Assembly: GCA_002269645.1 (NCBI GenBank)
Contig: NIVC01001900.1
Span: 1-64,000 of the forward strand
Direction: 5' to 3'
Length of the DNA: 64,000 nucleotides
Source: Macrostomum lignano
Taxonomy: Eukaryota
A program made the position numbers and the translations under genes. Shown here in pieces: positions 1 to 21,602 of this stretch. Each line of letters begins with the position of its first letter. Position 1 is the first letter of the stretch. The notes beneath the pieces were generated by a model, which saw nothing but the letters and a program-made list of their open reading frames with translations, did no database searches and was not told where the DNA came from.

Positions 1-3000
1 TTTAGTGCCGAGAATGCTTCAGTTTGTTAGAATGCAATCAGAAACAGATTCCTAGAAAGTGAGCTAGTCAGTCATCAAGGCAGAACATCTGGATGTGTAA
101 CGAGAGGCTCTCGGAGATTCCTGGCTCAGATTATCGCCTAGAAGTGCTGTAGAATAGCTGGTCCACCTAACCTACAGACACAACTCGAACAGATTTCTCT
201 GTCTGTTTGAGGCTCTGGCTCTCAGAGCCGCCGAGAAAGTTAGTGCCAAGAATGCTCATTTTGTTAGAATGCAATCAGAACAGATTCCTAGAAGTAGCTA
301 GTCCAGCATCAAGGCAGAACATCTGGATGTGTAACGAGAGGCTCTCGGAGATTCCTGGCTCAGATTATCGCCTAGAAGTGCTGTAGAATAGCTGGTCCAC
401 CTAACCTACAGACACAACTCGAACAGATTTCTCTGTCTGTTTGAGCTCTGGCTCTCAGAGCGCCGAGAAAGTTTAGTGCCGAGAATGCTTCAGTTTGTTA
501 GAATGCAATCAGAACAGATTCCTAGAAAGTGAGCTAGTCCAGCATCAAGGCAGAACATCTGGATGTGTAACGAGAGGCTCTCGGAGATTCCTGGCTCAGA
601 TTATCGCCTAGAAGTGCTGTAGAATAGCTGGTCCACCTAACCTACAGACACAACTCGAACAGATTTCTCTGTCTGTTGAGGCTCTGGCTCTCAGAGCCGC
701 CGAGAAAGTTTAGTGCCGAGAATGCTTCAGTTTGTTAGAATGCATCAGACAGATTCCTAGAAAGTGAGCTAGTCCAGCATCAAGGCAGAACATCTGGATG
801 TGTAACGAAAGTCTCTCGGAGACTCCTGGCTCAGATTATATCGCTAGAAGTGCTGTGCGAGTAGCTGGTCACCTAACCTACAGACACAACTCGAACAGAT
901 TTCTGTCTGTTTGAAGGCTCTGGCTCTCAGAGCCGCCGCAGAAAGTTTAGTGCCGAGAATGCTTCAGTTTGTAGAATGCATATCAGAACAGATTCTAGAA
1001 AGTGAGCTAGTTCCTAGCTATCAAGGCAGAACATCTGGATGTGTATACGAGAGGCCTTGGAGATTCCTGGCTCAGATTATCGCCTAGAAGTGCTGTAGAA
1101 TAGCTGGTTCCACCTAACCTACAGACACAACTCGAACAGATTTCTCTGTCTGTTGAGGCTCTGGCTCTCAGAGCCGCCGAGAAAGTTTAGTGCCGAGAAT
1201 GCTTCAGTTTGTTAGAATGCAATCAGAACAGATTCCTAGAAAGTGAGCTAGTCCAGCATCAAGGCAGAACATCTGGATGTGTAACGAGAGCGCTCTCGCG
1301 AGATTCCTGGCTCAGATTATCGCCTAGAAGTGCTGCTAGAATAGCTGGTCCACCTAACCTACAGACACAACTCGAACAGATTTCTCTGTCTGTTTGAGGC
1401 TCTGGCTCTCAGAGCCGCCCGAGAAAGTTTAGTGCCAAGAATGCTTCATTTTGTTAGAATGCAATCAGAACAGATTCTAGAAAGTGAGCTAGTCCAGCAT
1501 CAAGGCAGAACATCTGGATGTGTAACGAGAGGCTCTCGGAGATTCCTGGCTCAGATTATCGCCTAGAAGTGCTGTAGAATAGCTGGTCCACCTAACCTAC
1601 AGACACAACTCGAACAGATTTCTCTGTCTGTTTGAGGCTCTGGCTCTCAGAGCCGGAGAAAGTTTAGTGCCGAGAATGCTTCAGTTTGTTAGAATGCAAT
1701 CAGAACAGATTCCTAGAAAGTGAGCTAGTCCAGCATCAAGGCAGCAGAACATCTGGATGTGTAACGAGAGCGCTCTCGGAGATTCCTGGCTCAGATTATC
1801 GCCTAGAAGTGCTGTAGAATAGCTGGTCCACCTAACCTACAGACACAACTCGAACAGATTTCTCTGTCTGTTTGAGGCTCTGGCTCTCAGAGCCGCCGAG
1901 AAAGTTTTAGTGCCGAGAATGCCTTCAGTTTGTTAGAATGCAATCAGAACAGATTCCTAGAAAGTGAGCTAGTCCAGCATCAAGGCAGAACATCTGGATG
2001 TGTAACGAAGAGGTCTCTCGGAGATTCCTGCTCGCTCAGATTATCGCCTAGAAGTGCTGTGAGTAGCTGGCTCCACCTAACCTACAGACACAACTCGAAA
2101 CAGATCTTCTGTCTGTTTGAGGCTCTGGCTCTCAGAGCCGCCGAGAAAGTTTAGTGCCGAGAATGCTTCAGTTTGTTAGAATGCAATCAGAACAGATTCC
2201 TAGAAAGTGAGCTAGTCTAGTATCAAGGCAGAACATCTGGATGTGTAACGAGAGGCCCTGGAGATTCTGGCTCAGATTATCGCCTAGAAGTGCTGTAGAA
2301 TAGCTGGTCCACTAACCTACAGACACAACTCGAACAGATTTCTCTGTCTGTTTGAGGCTCTGGCTCTCAGAGCCGCCGAGAAAGTTTAGTGCCAAGAATG
2401 CTTCATTTTGTTAGAATGCAATCAGAACAGATTCCTAGAAAGTGAGCTAGTCCAGCATCAAGGCAGAACATCTGATGTGTAACGAGAGGCTCTCGGAGAT
2501 TCCTGGCTCAGATTATCGCCTAGAAGTGCTGTAGAATAGCTGGTCCACCTAACCTACAGACACAACTCGAACAGATTTCTCTGTCTGTTTGAGGCTCTGG
2601 CTCTCAGAGCCGCCGAGAAAGTTTAGTGCCGAGAATGCTTCAGTTTGTTAGAATGCAATCAGAACAGATTCCTAGAAAGTGAGCTAGTCCAGCATCAAGG
2701 CAGAACATCTGGATGTGTAACGAGAGGCTCTCGGAGATTCCTGGCTCAGATTATCGCCTAGAAGTGCTGTAGAATAGCTGGTCCACCTAACCTACAGACA
2801 CAACTCGAACAGATTTCTCTGTCTGTTTGAGGCTCTGGCTCTCAGAGCCGCCGAGAAAGTTTAGTGCCGAGAATGCTTCAGTTTGTTAGAATGCAATCAG
2901 AACAGATTCCTAGAAAGTGAGCTAGTCCAGCATCAAGGCAGAACATCTGGATGTGTAACGAAAGTCTCTCGGAGACTCCTGGCTCAGATTATCGCCTAGA

Positions 3001-6000
3001 AGTGCTGTGGAGTAGCTGGTCCACCTAACCTACAGACACAACTCGAACAGATTTCTGTCTGTTTAGGCTCTGGCTCTCAGAGCCGCCGAGAAAGTTTAGT
3101 GCCGAGAATGCTTCAGTTTGTTAGAATGCAATCAGAACAGATTCCTAGAAAGTGAGCTAGTCTAGTATCAAGGCAGAACATCTGGATGTGTAACGAGAGG
3201 CCCTTGGAGATTCCTGGCTCAGATTATCGCCTAGAAGTGCTGTAGAATAGCTGGTCCACCTAACCTACAGACACAACTCGAACAGATTTCTCTGTCTGTT
3301 TGAGGCTCTGGCTCTTAGGTGGTCCACATAACCTACAGACAAAACTGAAGCAGCTCTCTCAGTCTGTTTGAGGCTTTGGCTCACAGTAGCTGGTCCACCT
3401 AACCTACAGACACAACTCGAACAGATTTCTCTGTCTGTTTGAGGCTCTGGCTCTCAGAGCCGCCGAGAAAGTTTAGTGCCGAGAATGCTTCAGTTTGTTA
3501 GAATGCAATCAGAACAGATTCCTAGAAAGTGAGCTAGTCCAGCATCAAGGCAGAACATCTGGATGTGTAACGAGAGGCTCTCGGAGATTCCTGGCTCAGA
3601 TTATCGCCTAGAAGTGCTGTAGAATAGCTGGTCCACCTAACATACAGACACAACTCGAACAGATTTCTCTGTCTGTTTAAGGCTCTGGCTCTCAGAGCCG
3701 CCGAGAAAGTTTAGTGCGAGAATGCTTCAGTTTGTTAGAATGCAATCAGAACAGATTCCTAGAAAGTGAGCTAGTCCAGCATCAAGGCAGAACATCTGGA
3801 TGTGTAACGAGAGGCTCTCGGAGATTCCTGGCTCAGATTATCGCCTAGAAGTGCTGTAGAATAGCTGGTCCACCTAACCTACAGACACAACTCGAACAGA
3901 TTTCTCTGTCTGTTTGAGGCTCTGGCTCTCAGAGCCGCCGAGAAAGTTTAGTGCCGAGAATGCTTCAGTTTGTTAGAATGCAATCAGAACAGATTCCTAG
4001 AAAGTGAGCTAGTCCAGCATCAAGGCAGAACATCTGGATGTGTAACGAGAGGCTCTCGGAGATTCCTGGCTCAGATTATCGCCTAGAAGTGCTGTAGAAT
4101 AGCTGGTCCACCTAACCTACAGACACAACTCGAACAGATTTCTCTGTCTGTTTGAGGCTCTGGCTCTCAGAGCCGCCGAGAAAGTTTAGTGCGAGAATGC
4201 TTCAGTTTGTTAGAATGCAATCAGAACAGATTCCTAGAAAGTGAGCTAGTCCAGCATCAAGGCAGAACATCTGGATGTGTAACGAGGCTCTCGGAGATTC
4301 CTGGCTCAGATTATCGCCTAGAAGTGCTGTGGAGTAGCTGGTTCACCTAACCTACAGACACAACTCGAACAGATTTCTCTGTCTGTTTGAGGCTCTGGCT
4401 CTCAGAGCCGCCGAGAAAGTTTTAGTGCCAAGAATGCTTCATTTTGTTAGAATGCAATCAGAACAGATTCCTAGAAAGTGAGCTAGTCCAGCATCAAGGC
4501 AGAACATCTGGATGTGTAACGAGAGGCTCTCGGAGATTCCTGGCTCAGATTATCGCCTAGAAGTGCTGTGGAGTAGCTGGTTCACCTAACCTACAGACAC
4601 AACTCGAACAGATTTCTCTGTCTGTTTAAGGCTCTGGCTCTCAGAGCCGCCGAGAAAGTTTAGTGCCAAGAATGCTTCATTTTGTTAGAATGCAATCAGA
4701 ACAGATTCCTAGAAAGTGAGCTAGTCCAGCATCAAGGCAGAACATCTGGATGTGTAACGAGAGGCTCTCGGAGATTCCTGGCTCAGATTATCGCCTAGAA
4801 GTGCTGTGGAGTAGCTGGTTCACCTAACCTACAGACACAACTCGAACAGATTTCTCTGTCTGTTTAAGGCTCTGGCTCTCAGAGCCGCCGAGAAAGTTTA
4901 GTGCCAAGAATGCTTCATTTTGTTAGAATGCAATCAGAACAGATTCCTAGAAAGTGAGCTAGTCCAGCATCAAGGCAGAACATCTGGATGTGTAACGAGA
5001 GGCTCTCGGAGATTCCTGGCTCAGATTATCGCCTAGAAGTGCTGTAGAATAGCTGGTCCACCTAACTTACAGACACAACTCGAACAGATTTCTCTGTCTG
5101 TTTGAGGCTCTGGCTCTCAGAGCCGCCGAGAAAGTTTAGTGCCGAGAATGCTTCAGTTTGTTAGAATGCAATCAGAACAGATTCCTAGAAAGTGAGCTAG
5201 TCCAGCATCAAGGCAGAACATCTGGATGTGTAACGAGAGGCTCTCGGAGATTCCTGGCTCAGATTATCGCCTAGAAGTGCTGTAGAATAGCTGGTCCACC
5301 TAACCTACAGACACAACTCGAACAGATTTCTCTGTCTGTTTGAGGCTCTGGCTCTCAGAGCCGCCGAGAAAGTTTAGTGCCAAGAATGCTTCATTTTGTT
5401 AGAATGCAATCAGAACAGATTCCTAGAAAGTGAGCTAGTCCAGCATCAAGGCAGAACATCTGGATGTGTAACGAGAGGCTCTCGGAGATTCCTGGCTCAG
5501 ATTATCGCCTAGAAGTGCTGTAGAATAGCTGGTCCACCTAACCTACAGACACAACTCGAACAGATTTCTCTGTCTGTTTGAGGCTCTGGCTCTCAGAGCC
5601 GCCGAGAAAGTTTAGTGCCGAGAATGCTTCAGTTTGTTAGAATGCAATCAGAACAGATTCCTAGAAAGTGAGCTAGTCCAGCATCAAGGCAGAACATCTG
5701 GATGTGTAACGAGAGGCTCTCGGAGATTCCTGGCTCAGATTATCGCCTAGAAGTGCTGTAGAATAGCTGGTCCACCTAACCTACAGACACAACTCGAACA
5801 GATTTCTCTGTCTGTTTAAGGCTCTGGCTCTCAGAGCCGCCGAGAAAGTTTAGTGCGAGAATGCTTCAGTTTGTTAGAATGCAATCAGAACAGATTCCTA
5901 GAAAGTGAGCTAGTCCAGCATCAAGGCAGAACATCTGGATGTGTAACGAGAGGCTCTCGGAGATTCCTGGCTCAGATTATCGCCTAGAAGTGCTGTAGAA

Positions 6001-9000
6001 TAGCTGGTCCACCTAACCTACAGACACAACTCGAACAGATTTCTCTGTCTGTTTGAGGCTCTGGCTCTCAGAGCCGCCGAGAAAGTTTAGTGCGAGAATG
6101 CTTCAGTTTGTTAGAATGCAATCAGAACAGATTCCTAGAAAGTGAGCTAGTCCAGCATCAAGGCAGAACATCTGGATGTGTAACGAAAGTCTCTCGGAGA
6201 CTCCTGGCTCAGATTATCGCCTAGAAGTGCTGTGGAGTAGCTGGTCCACCTAACCTACAGACACAACTCGAACAGATTTCTCTGTCTGTTTGAGGCTCTG
6301 GCTCTCAGAGCCGCCGAGAAAGTTTAGTGCCGAGAATGCTTCAGTTTGTTAGAATGCAATCAGAACAGATTCCTAGAAAGTGAGCTAGTCTAGTATCAAG
6401 GCAGAACATCTGGATGTGTAACGAGAGGCCCTTGGAGATTCCTGGCTCAGATTATCGCCTAGAAGTGCTGTAGAATAGCTGGTCCACCTAACCTACAGAC
6501 ACAACTCGAACAGATTTCTCTGTCTGTTTGAGGCTCTGGCTCTCAGAGCCGCCGAGAAAGTTTAGTGCCGAGAATGCTTCAGTTTGTTAGAATGCAATCA
6601 GAACAGATTCCTAGAAAGTGAGCTAGTCCAGCATCAAGGCAGAACATCTGGATGTGTAACGAGAGGCTCTCGGAGATTCCTGGCTCAGATTATCGCCTAG
6701 AAGTGCTGTAGAATAGCTGGTCCACCTAACCTACAGACACAACTCGAACAGATTTCTCTGTCTGTTTGAGGCTCTGGCTCTCAGAGCCGCCGAGAAAGTT
6801 TAGTGCCAAGAATGCTTCATTTGTTAGAATGCAATCAGAACAGATTCCTAGAAAGTGAGCTAGTCCAGCATCAAGGCAGAACATCTGGATGTGTAACGAG
6901 AGGCTCTCGGAGATTCCTGGCTCAGATTATCGCCTAGAAGTGCTGTAGAATAGCTGGTCCACCTAACCTACAGACACAACTCGAACAGATTTCTCTGTCT
7001 GTTTGAGGCTCTGGCTCTCAGAGCCGCCGAGAAAGTTTAGTGCCGAGAATGCTTCAGTTTGTTAGAATGCAATCAGAACAGATTCCTAGAAAGTGAGCTA
7101 GTCCAGCATCAAGGCAGAACATCTGGATGTGTAACGAGAGGCTCTCGGAGATTCCTGGCTCAGATTATCGCCTAGAAGTGCTGTAGAATAGCTGGTCCAC
7201 CTAACCTACAGACACAACTCGAACAGATTTCTCTGTCTGTTTAAGGCTCTGGCTCTCAGAGCCGCCGAGAAAGTTTAGTGCCGAGAATGCTTCAGTTTGT
7301 TAGAATGCAATCAGAACAGATTCCTAGAAAGTGAGCTAGTCCAGCATCAAGGCAGAACATCTGGATGTGTAACGAGAGGCTCTCGGAGATTCCTGGCTCA
7401 GATTATCGCCTAGAAGTGCTGTAGAATAGCTGGTCCACCTAACCTACAGACACAACTCGAACAGATTTCTCTGTCTGTTTGAGGCTCTGGCTCTCAGAGC
7501 CGCCGAGAAAGTTTAGTGCCGAGAATGCTTCAGTTTGTTAGAATGCAATCAGAACAGATTCCTAGAAAGTGAGCTAGTCCAGCATCAAGGCAGAACATCT
7601 GGATGTGTAACGAGAGGCTCTCGGAGATTCCTGGCTCAGATTATCGCCTAGAAGTGCTGTAGAATAGCTGGTCCACCTAACCTACAGACACAACTCGAAC
7701 AGATTTCTCTGTCTGTTTGAGGCTCTGGCTCTCAGAGCCGCCGAGAAAGTTTAGTGCCGAGAATGCTTCAGTTTGTTAGAATGCAATCAGAACAGATTCC
7801 TAGAAAGTGAGCTAGTCCAGCATCAAGGCAGAACATCTGGATGTGTAACGAGAGGCTCTCGGAGATTCCTGGCTCAGATTATCGCCTAGAAGTGCTGTAG
7901 AATAGCTGGTCCACCTAACCTACAGACACAACTCGAACAGATTTCTCTGTCTGTTTAAGGCTCTGGCTCTCAGAGCCGCCGAGAAAGTTTAGTGCCGAGA
8001 ATGCTTCAGTTTGTTAGAATGCAATCAGAACAGATTCCTAGAAAGTGAGCTAGTCTAGTATCAAGGCAGAACATCTGGATGTGTAACGAGAGGCCCTTGG
8101 AGATTCCTGGCTCAGATTATCGCCTAGAAGTGCTGTAGAATAGCTGGTCCACCTAACCTACAGACACAACTCGAACAGATTTCTCTGTCTGTTTGAGGCT
8201 CTGGCTCTCAGAGCCGCCGAGAAAGTTTAGTGCCGAGAATGCTTCAGTTTGTTAGAATGCAATCAGAACAGATTCCTAGAAAGTGAGCTAGTCCAGCATC
8301 AAGGCAGAACATCTGGATGTGTAACGAGAGGCTCTCGGAGATTCCTGGCTCAGATTATCGCCTAGAAGTGCTGTAGAATAGCTGGTCCACCTAACCTACA
8401 GACACAACTCGAACAGATTTCTCTGTCTGTTTGAGGCTCTGGCTCTCAGAGCCGCCGAGAAAGTTTAGTGCCAGAATGCTTCATTTTGTTAGAATGCAAT
8501 CAGAACAGATTCCTAGAAAGTGAGCTAGTCCAGCATCAAGGCAGAACATCTGGATGTGTAACGAGAGGCTCTCGGAGATTCCTGGCTCAGATTATCGCCT
8601 AGAAGTGCTGTAGAATAGCTGGTCCACCTAACCTACAGACACAACTCGAACAGATTTCTCTGTCTGTTTGAGGCTCTGGCTCTCAGAGCCGCCGAGAAAG
8701 TTTAGTGCCGAGAATGCTTCAGTTTGTTAGAATGCAATCAGAACAGATTCCTAGAAAGTGAGCTAGTCCAGCATCAAGGCAGAACATCTGGATGTGTAAC
8801 GAGAGGCTCTCGGAGATTCCTGGCTCAGATTATCGCCTAGAAGTGCTGTAGAATAGCTGGTCCACCTAACCTACAGACACAACTCGAACAGATTTCTCTG
8901 TCTGTTTGAGGCTCTGGCTCTCAGAGCCGCCGAGAAAGTTTAGTGCCGAGAATGCTTCAGTTTGTTAGAATGCAATCAGAACAGATTCCTAGAAAGTGAG

Positions 9001-12000
9001 CTAGTCTAGTATCAAGGCAGAACATCTGGATGTGTAACGAGAGGCCCTTGGAGATTCCTGGCTCAGATTATCGCCTAGAAGTGCTGTAGAATAGCTGGTC
9101 CACCTAACCTACAGACACAACTCGAACAGATTTCTCTGTCTGTTTGAGGCTCTGGCTCTCAGAGCCGCCGAGAAAGTTTAGTGCCGAGAATGCTTCAGTT
9201 TGTTAGAATGCAATCAGAACAGATTCCTAGAAAGTGAGCTAGTCCAGCATCAAGGCAGAACATCTGGATGTGTAACGAGAGGCTCTCGGAGATTCCTGGC
9301 TCAGATTATCGCCTAGAAGTGCTGTAGAATAGCTGGTCCACCTAACCTACAGACACAACTCGAACAGATTTCTCTGTCTGTTTGAGGCTCTGGCTCTCAG
9401 AGCCGCCGAGAAAGTTTAGTGCCAAGAATGCTTCATTTTGTTAGAATGCAATCAGAACAGATTCCTAGAAAGTGAGCTAGTCCAGCATCAAGGCAGAACA
9501 TCTGGATGTGTAACGAGAGGCTCTCGGAGATTCCTGGCTCAGATTATCGCCTAGAAGTGCTGTAGAATAGCTGGTCCACCTAACCTACAGACACAACTCG
9601 AACAGATTTCTCTGTCTGTTTGAGGCTCTGGCTCTCAGAGCCGCCGAGAAAGTTTAGTGCCGAGAATGCTTCAGTTTGTTAGAATGCAATCAGAACAGAT
9701 TCCTAGAAAGTGAGCTAGTCCAGCATCAAGGCAGAACATCTGGATGTGTAACGAGAGGCTCTCGGAGATTCCTGGCTCAGATTATCGCCTAGAAGTGCTG
9801 TAGAATAGCTGGTCCACCTAACCTACAGACACAACTCGAACAGATTTCTCTGTCTGTTTGAGGCTCTGGCTCTCAGAGCCGCCGAGAAAGTTTAGTGCCG
9901 AGAATGCTTCAGTTTGTTAGAATGCAATCAGAACAGATTCCTAGAAAGTGAGCTAGTCCAGCATCAAGGCAGAACATCTGGATGTGTAACGAAAGTCTCT
10001 CGGAGACTCCTGGCTCAGATTATCGCCTAGAAGTGCTGTGGAGTAGCTGGTCCACCTAACCTACAGACACAACTCGAACAGATTTCTGTCTGTTTGAGGC
10101 TCTGGCTCTCAGAGCCGCCGAGAAAGTTTAGTGCCGAGAATGCTTCAGTTTGTTAGAATGCAATCAGAACAGATTCCTAGAAAGTGAGCTAGTCTAGTAT
10201 CAAGGCAGAACATCTGGATGTGTAACGAGAGGCCCTTGGAGATTCCTGGCTCAGATTATCGCCTAGAAGTGCTGTAGAATAGCTGGTCCACCTAACCTAC
10301 AGACACAACTCGAACAGATTTCTCTGTCTGTTTGAGGCTCTGGCTCTTAGGTGGTCCACATAACCTACAGACAAAACTGAAGCAGCTCTCTCAGTCTGTT
10401 TGAGGCTTTGGCTCACAGTAGCTGGTCCACCTAACCTACAGACACAACTCGAACAGATTTCTCTGTCTGTTTGAGGCTCTGGCTCTCAGAGCCGCCGAGA
10501 AAGTTTAGTGCCGAGAATGCTTCAGTTTGTTAGAATGCAATCAGAACAGATTCCTAGAAAGTGAGCTAGTCCAGCATCAAGGCAGAACATCTGGATGTGT
10601 AACGAGAGGCTCTCGGAGATTCCTGGCTCAGATTATCGCCTAGAAGTGCTGTAGAATAGCTGGTCCACCTAACATACAGACACAACTCGAACAGATTTCT
10701 CTGTCTGTTTAAGGCTCTGGCTCTCAGAGCCGCCGAGAAAGTTTAGTGCCGAGAATGCTTCAGTTTGTTAGAATGCAATCAGAACAGATTCCTAGAAAGT
10801 GAGCTAGTCCAGCATCAAGGCAGAACATCTGGATGTGTAACGAGAGGCTCTCGGAGATTCCTGGCTCAGATTATCGCCTAGAAGTGCTGTAGAATAGCTG
10901 GTCCACCTAACCTACAGACACAACTCGAACAGATTTCTCTGTCTGTTTGAGGCTCTGGCTCTCAGAGCCGCCGAGAAAGTTTAGTGCCGAGAATGCTTCA
11001 GTTTGTTAGAATGCAATCAGAACAGATTCCTAGAAAGTGAGCTAGTCCAGCATCAAGGCAGAACATCTGGATGTGTAACGAGAGGCTCTCGGAGATTCCT
11101 GGCTCAGATTATCGCCTAGAAGTGCTGTAGAATAGCTGGTCCACCTAACCTACAGACACAACTCGAACAGATTTCTCTGTCTGTTTGAGGCTCTGGCTCT
11201 CAGAGCCGCCGAGAAAGTTTAGTGCCGAGAATGCTTCAGTTTGTTAGAATGCAATCAGAACAGATTCCTAGAAAGTGAGCTAGTCCAGCATCAAGGCAGA
11301 ACATCTGGATGTGTAACGAGAGGCTCTCGGAGATTCCTGGCTCAGATTATCGCCTAGAAGTGCTGTAGAATAGCTGGTCCACCTAACCTACAGACACAAC
11401 TCGAACAGATTTCTCTGTCTGTTTGAGGCTCTGGCTCTCAGAGCCGCCGAGAAAGTTTAGTGCCGAGAATGCTTCAGTTTGTTAGAATGCAATCAGAACA
11501 GATTCCTAGAAAGTGAGCTAGTCCAGCATCAAGGCAGAACATCTGGATGTGTAACGAGAGGCTCTCGGAGATTCCTGGCTCAGATTATCGCCTAGAAGTG
11601 CTGTAGAATAGCTGGTCCACCTAACCTACAGACACAACTCGAACAGATTTCTCTGTCTGTTTAAGGCTCTGGCTCTCAGAGCCGCCGAGAAAGTTTAGTG
11701 CCGAGAATGCTTCAGTTTGTTAGAATGCAATCAGAACAGATTCCTAGAAAGTGAGCTAGTCCAGCATCAAGGCAGAACATCTGGATGTGTAACGAGAGGC
11801 TCTCGGAGATTCCTGGCTCAGATTATCGCCTAGAAGTGCTGTAGAATAGCTGGTCCACCTAACCTACAGACACAACTCGAACAGATTTCTCTGTCTGTTT
11901 GAGGCTCTGGCTCTTAGGTGGTCCACATAACCTACAGACAAAACTGAAGCAGCTCTCTCAGTCTGTTTGAGGCTTTGTCTCTCAGAAGGTGGTCCACCTA

Positions 12001-12258
12001 ACCTACAGACACAACTCGAACAGATTTCTCTGTCTGTTTGAGGCTCTGGCTCTTAGGTGGTCCACATAACCTATAGACACAACTGAAGCAGCTCTCTCAA
12101 TCTGTTTGAGGCTTTGGCTCTCAGAAGGTGGTTCACCTCACTCACAGACACAACTCGAACAGATTTCTCTGTTTGTTTGAGGCTCTGGCCACAGGTGGTC
12201 CTGTAGGTGGTCCACATAACCTACAGACACAACTGGAACAGATTTCTGTGTCTGTTTG
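1..12258. repeat. 238-bp tandem satellite array (~50 monomers), ending in a ~65-bp sub-unit tail (~11880-12258)
   Basis: Monomer TTTAGTGCCGAGAATGCTTCAG...CTCAGAGCCGCCGAGAAAG recurs; it shifts 2 nt per four 60-nt lines, giving a 238-bp period. It runs off the window start. Confidence 0.98.
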
Positions 12259-12349
12259 ATTGTCAGTTAATTTTATTTTCTACCTTTGTAGGAGCCTGTG
12301 GTTGATTTTGTTCGCCTGAGCTCGACGAGACTGACTGCGTTTCACCGAG

Positions 12350-12456
12350 ATGAAGGTTAAAACGAACTGTAAAAGAAGATTCAAACCACTAATTGACGAG
12401 AAATATAGAAAGGTTCATCATAGAGCTGAGCTGACGAAAGCGGATTCGATGGCTGA
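12350..12456 (+). CDS. Possible first coding exon (MKVKTNCKRRFKPLIDEKYRKVHHRAELTKADSMA) of the downstream uncharacterised gene
   Basis: Pyrimidine-rich acceptor TTTTCTACCTTTGTAG ends at ~12292, ATG at 12350, donor GTAAGC at 12457. The link to exon 14001 was not resolved. Confidence 0.35.
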
Positions 12457-13342
12457 GTAAGCTGAAATTCGTGAGAGAGGCAATGACAGATCAATAACAG
12501 AAGCGGTCCCGGACCACGGAGGCAGGGACGTCCAGGAGAATATTTCGTAGAAAAAATAAGAAGATTAAGCCATCATCTGCGTGAACGAAAAGATGAAAGT
12601 CGGTAAAATGATTGGCTTATCATATGATTGCTCACCAACTCATTCAGTATAATAGGACTGATGTAGTCAAATCAATTTAATTTCAGTTTTAGTAACTTTT
12701 GTCGTTATTAAAAATGCCCTTCAACTTCTTGTAGGCTCGTACTCGGATGACCTTTTTTAACTAATGGAATCTTACGTTTGTTAACATGTATTTGAAGCAT
12801 ACATTTTGACCTAAATTAGTTTTAATGAGTTTACAGTAAGTATTTGATATGATTCGGTATTTATTTTCAAAATGCTTTATTTTCATTCACCTTCTTGTAT
12901 TCACGCGACGCAACTAACTAATGCGATCGTACATTTGTTTAACCCGATTAACCCGATTAGTAATGCTAAATAAATTGGTTTGAACTTGGGATATTTTCAT
13001 TAAATGACGTCGTAACCCTTTTATCTGTTCTTTTTGAGAATTTCTGTTTTAATTAGTTCAAAAGAACAGTTTAAAGCAATAAATTTTCTACAACGAAAGA
13101 GGTCTAACTAAACCAACTGTTTTTTTGCGGTCCACCTAACCCGGTCCCCAAAACGTAGTTAGTGAACCACCACAGTTTCCCCGAACTGGCTATTCCGTCA
13201 AGTTAACAAAAAGATAACCCTAGCTAGCCTTTCGCGTTGTCAAAACAGACTCTATTTTTTAACCGGAATTGCGTGGTCCACGTAACGCATTAACATAACT
13301 CAGGTCCCGCTAAACACACAGACAGTCGTAAGAGTGTCTTAG

Positions 13343-13478
<136 letters not shown>

Positions 13479-14000
13479 ATGTCCTTGAATTTTACACGCA
13501 TGTAATTTTTCTCCAGCGGAACCAATCGAGCTAGTCATATATGTTAACGCTCGACCTTATTTTGTTATGTTCTTGAATTTCCAAAGCATATTTTGAATTA
13601 ATGTACTTCCAAAAACATATTCTAATTCAGGATGAAATGAATATTTTATCTGTAAGAGGAACCCAAGATATTCAGGGCCGGATCAAATATTCTGTCCACG
13701 TCTTGGCAGCAGTATTTTCAGATGCCTTGTGACTTGCATCTTGCTCTAGCTTACTGCAGAAGCCTAATTCCCTTGGTGGTCTACGTCTGGGCCTCCCTAG
13801 TTCGGTCTTCGCACGCTTCAGTGCACCCTTATCTCTGCCGTGCTGCACGTCTTGCTGCATCCTCTTCAACTGGAAAAGAACATTCGCGAACTTTTTTGAC
13901 GGCGGCAGTTTGCTATAATCAAGCATCAAATCATATTTCCATTGCAAACAGAGCGAATAGTTAACAAATAGACCGATTTCATCATTTTACTAAACTTCAG

Positions 14001-21602
<7,602 letters not shown>

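Noticed and set aside
1209-2154. ORFs MLECNQNRF... in the satellite
   Set aside because: They open only where indels remove stops present in the other monomers.
1-2200. Higher indel density in the first satellite monomers
   Set aside because: Scattered 1-2 nt indels look like low-coverage long-read consensus error, not biology.
1-12258. Hammerhead ribozyme in the satellite monomer
   Set aside because: No CUGANGA...GAAA core found on either strand by eye. A CTGACGA...GAAA at ~12431-12467 lacks a proper stem II and lies across a candidate exon end. An Infernal scan would be decisive.
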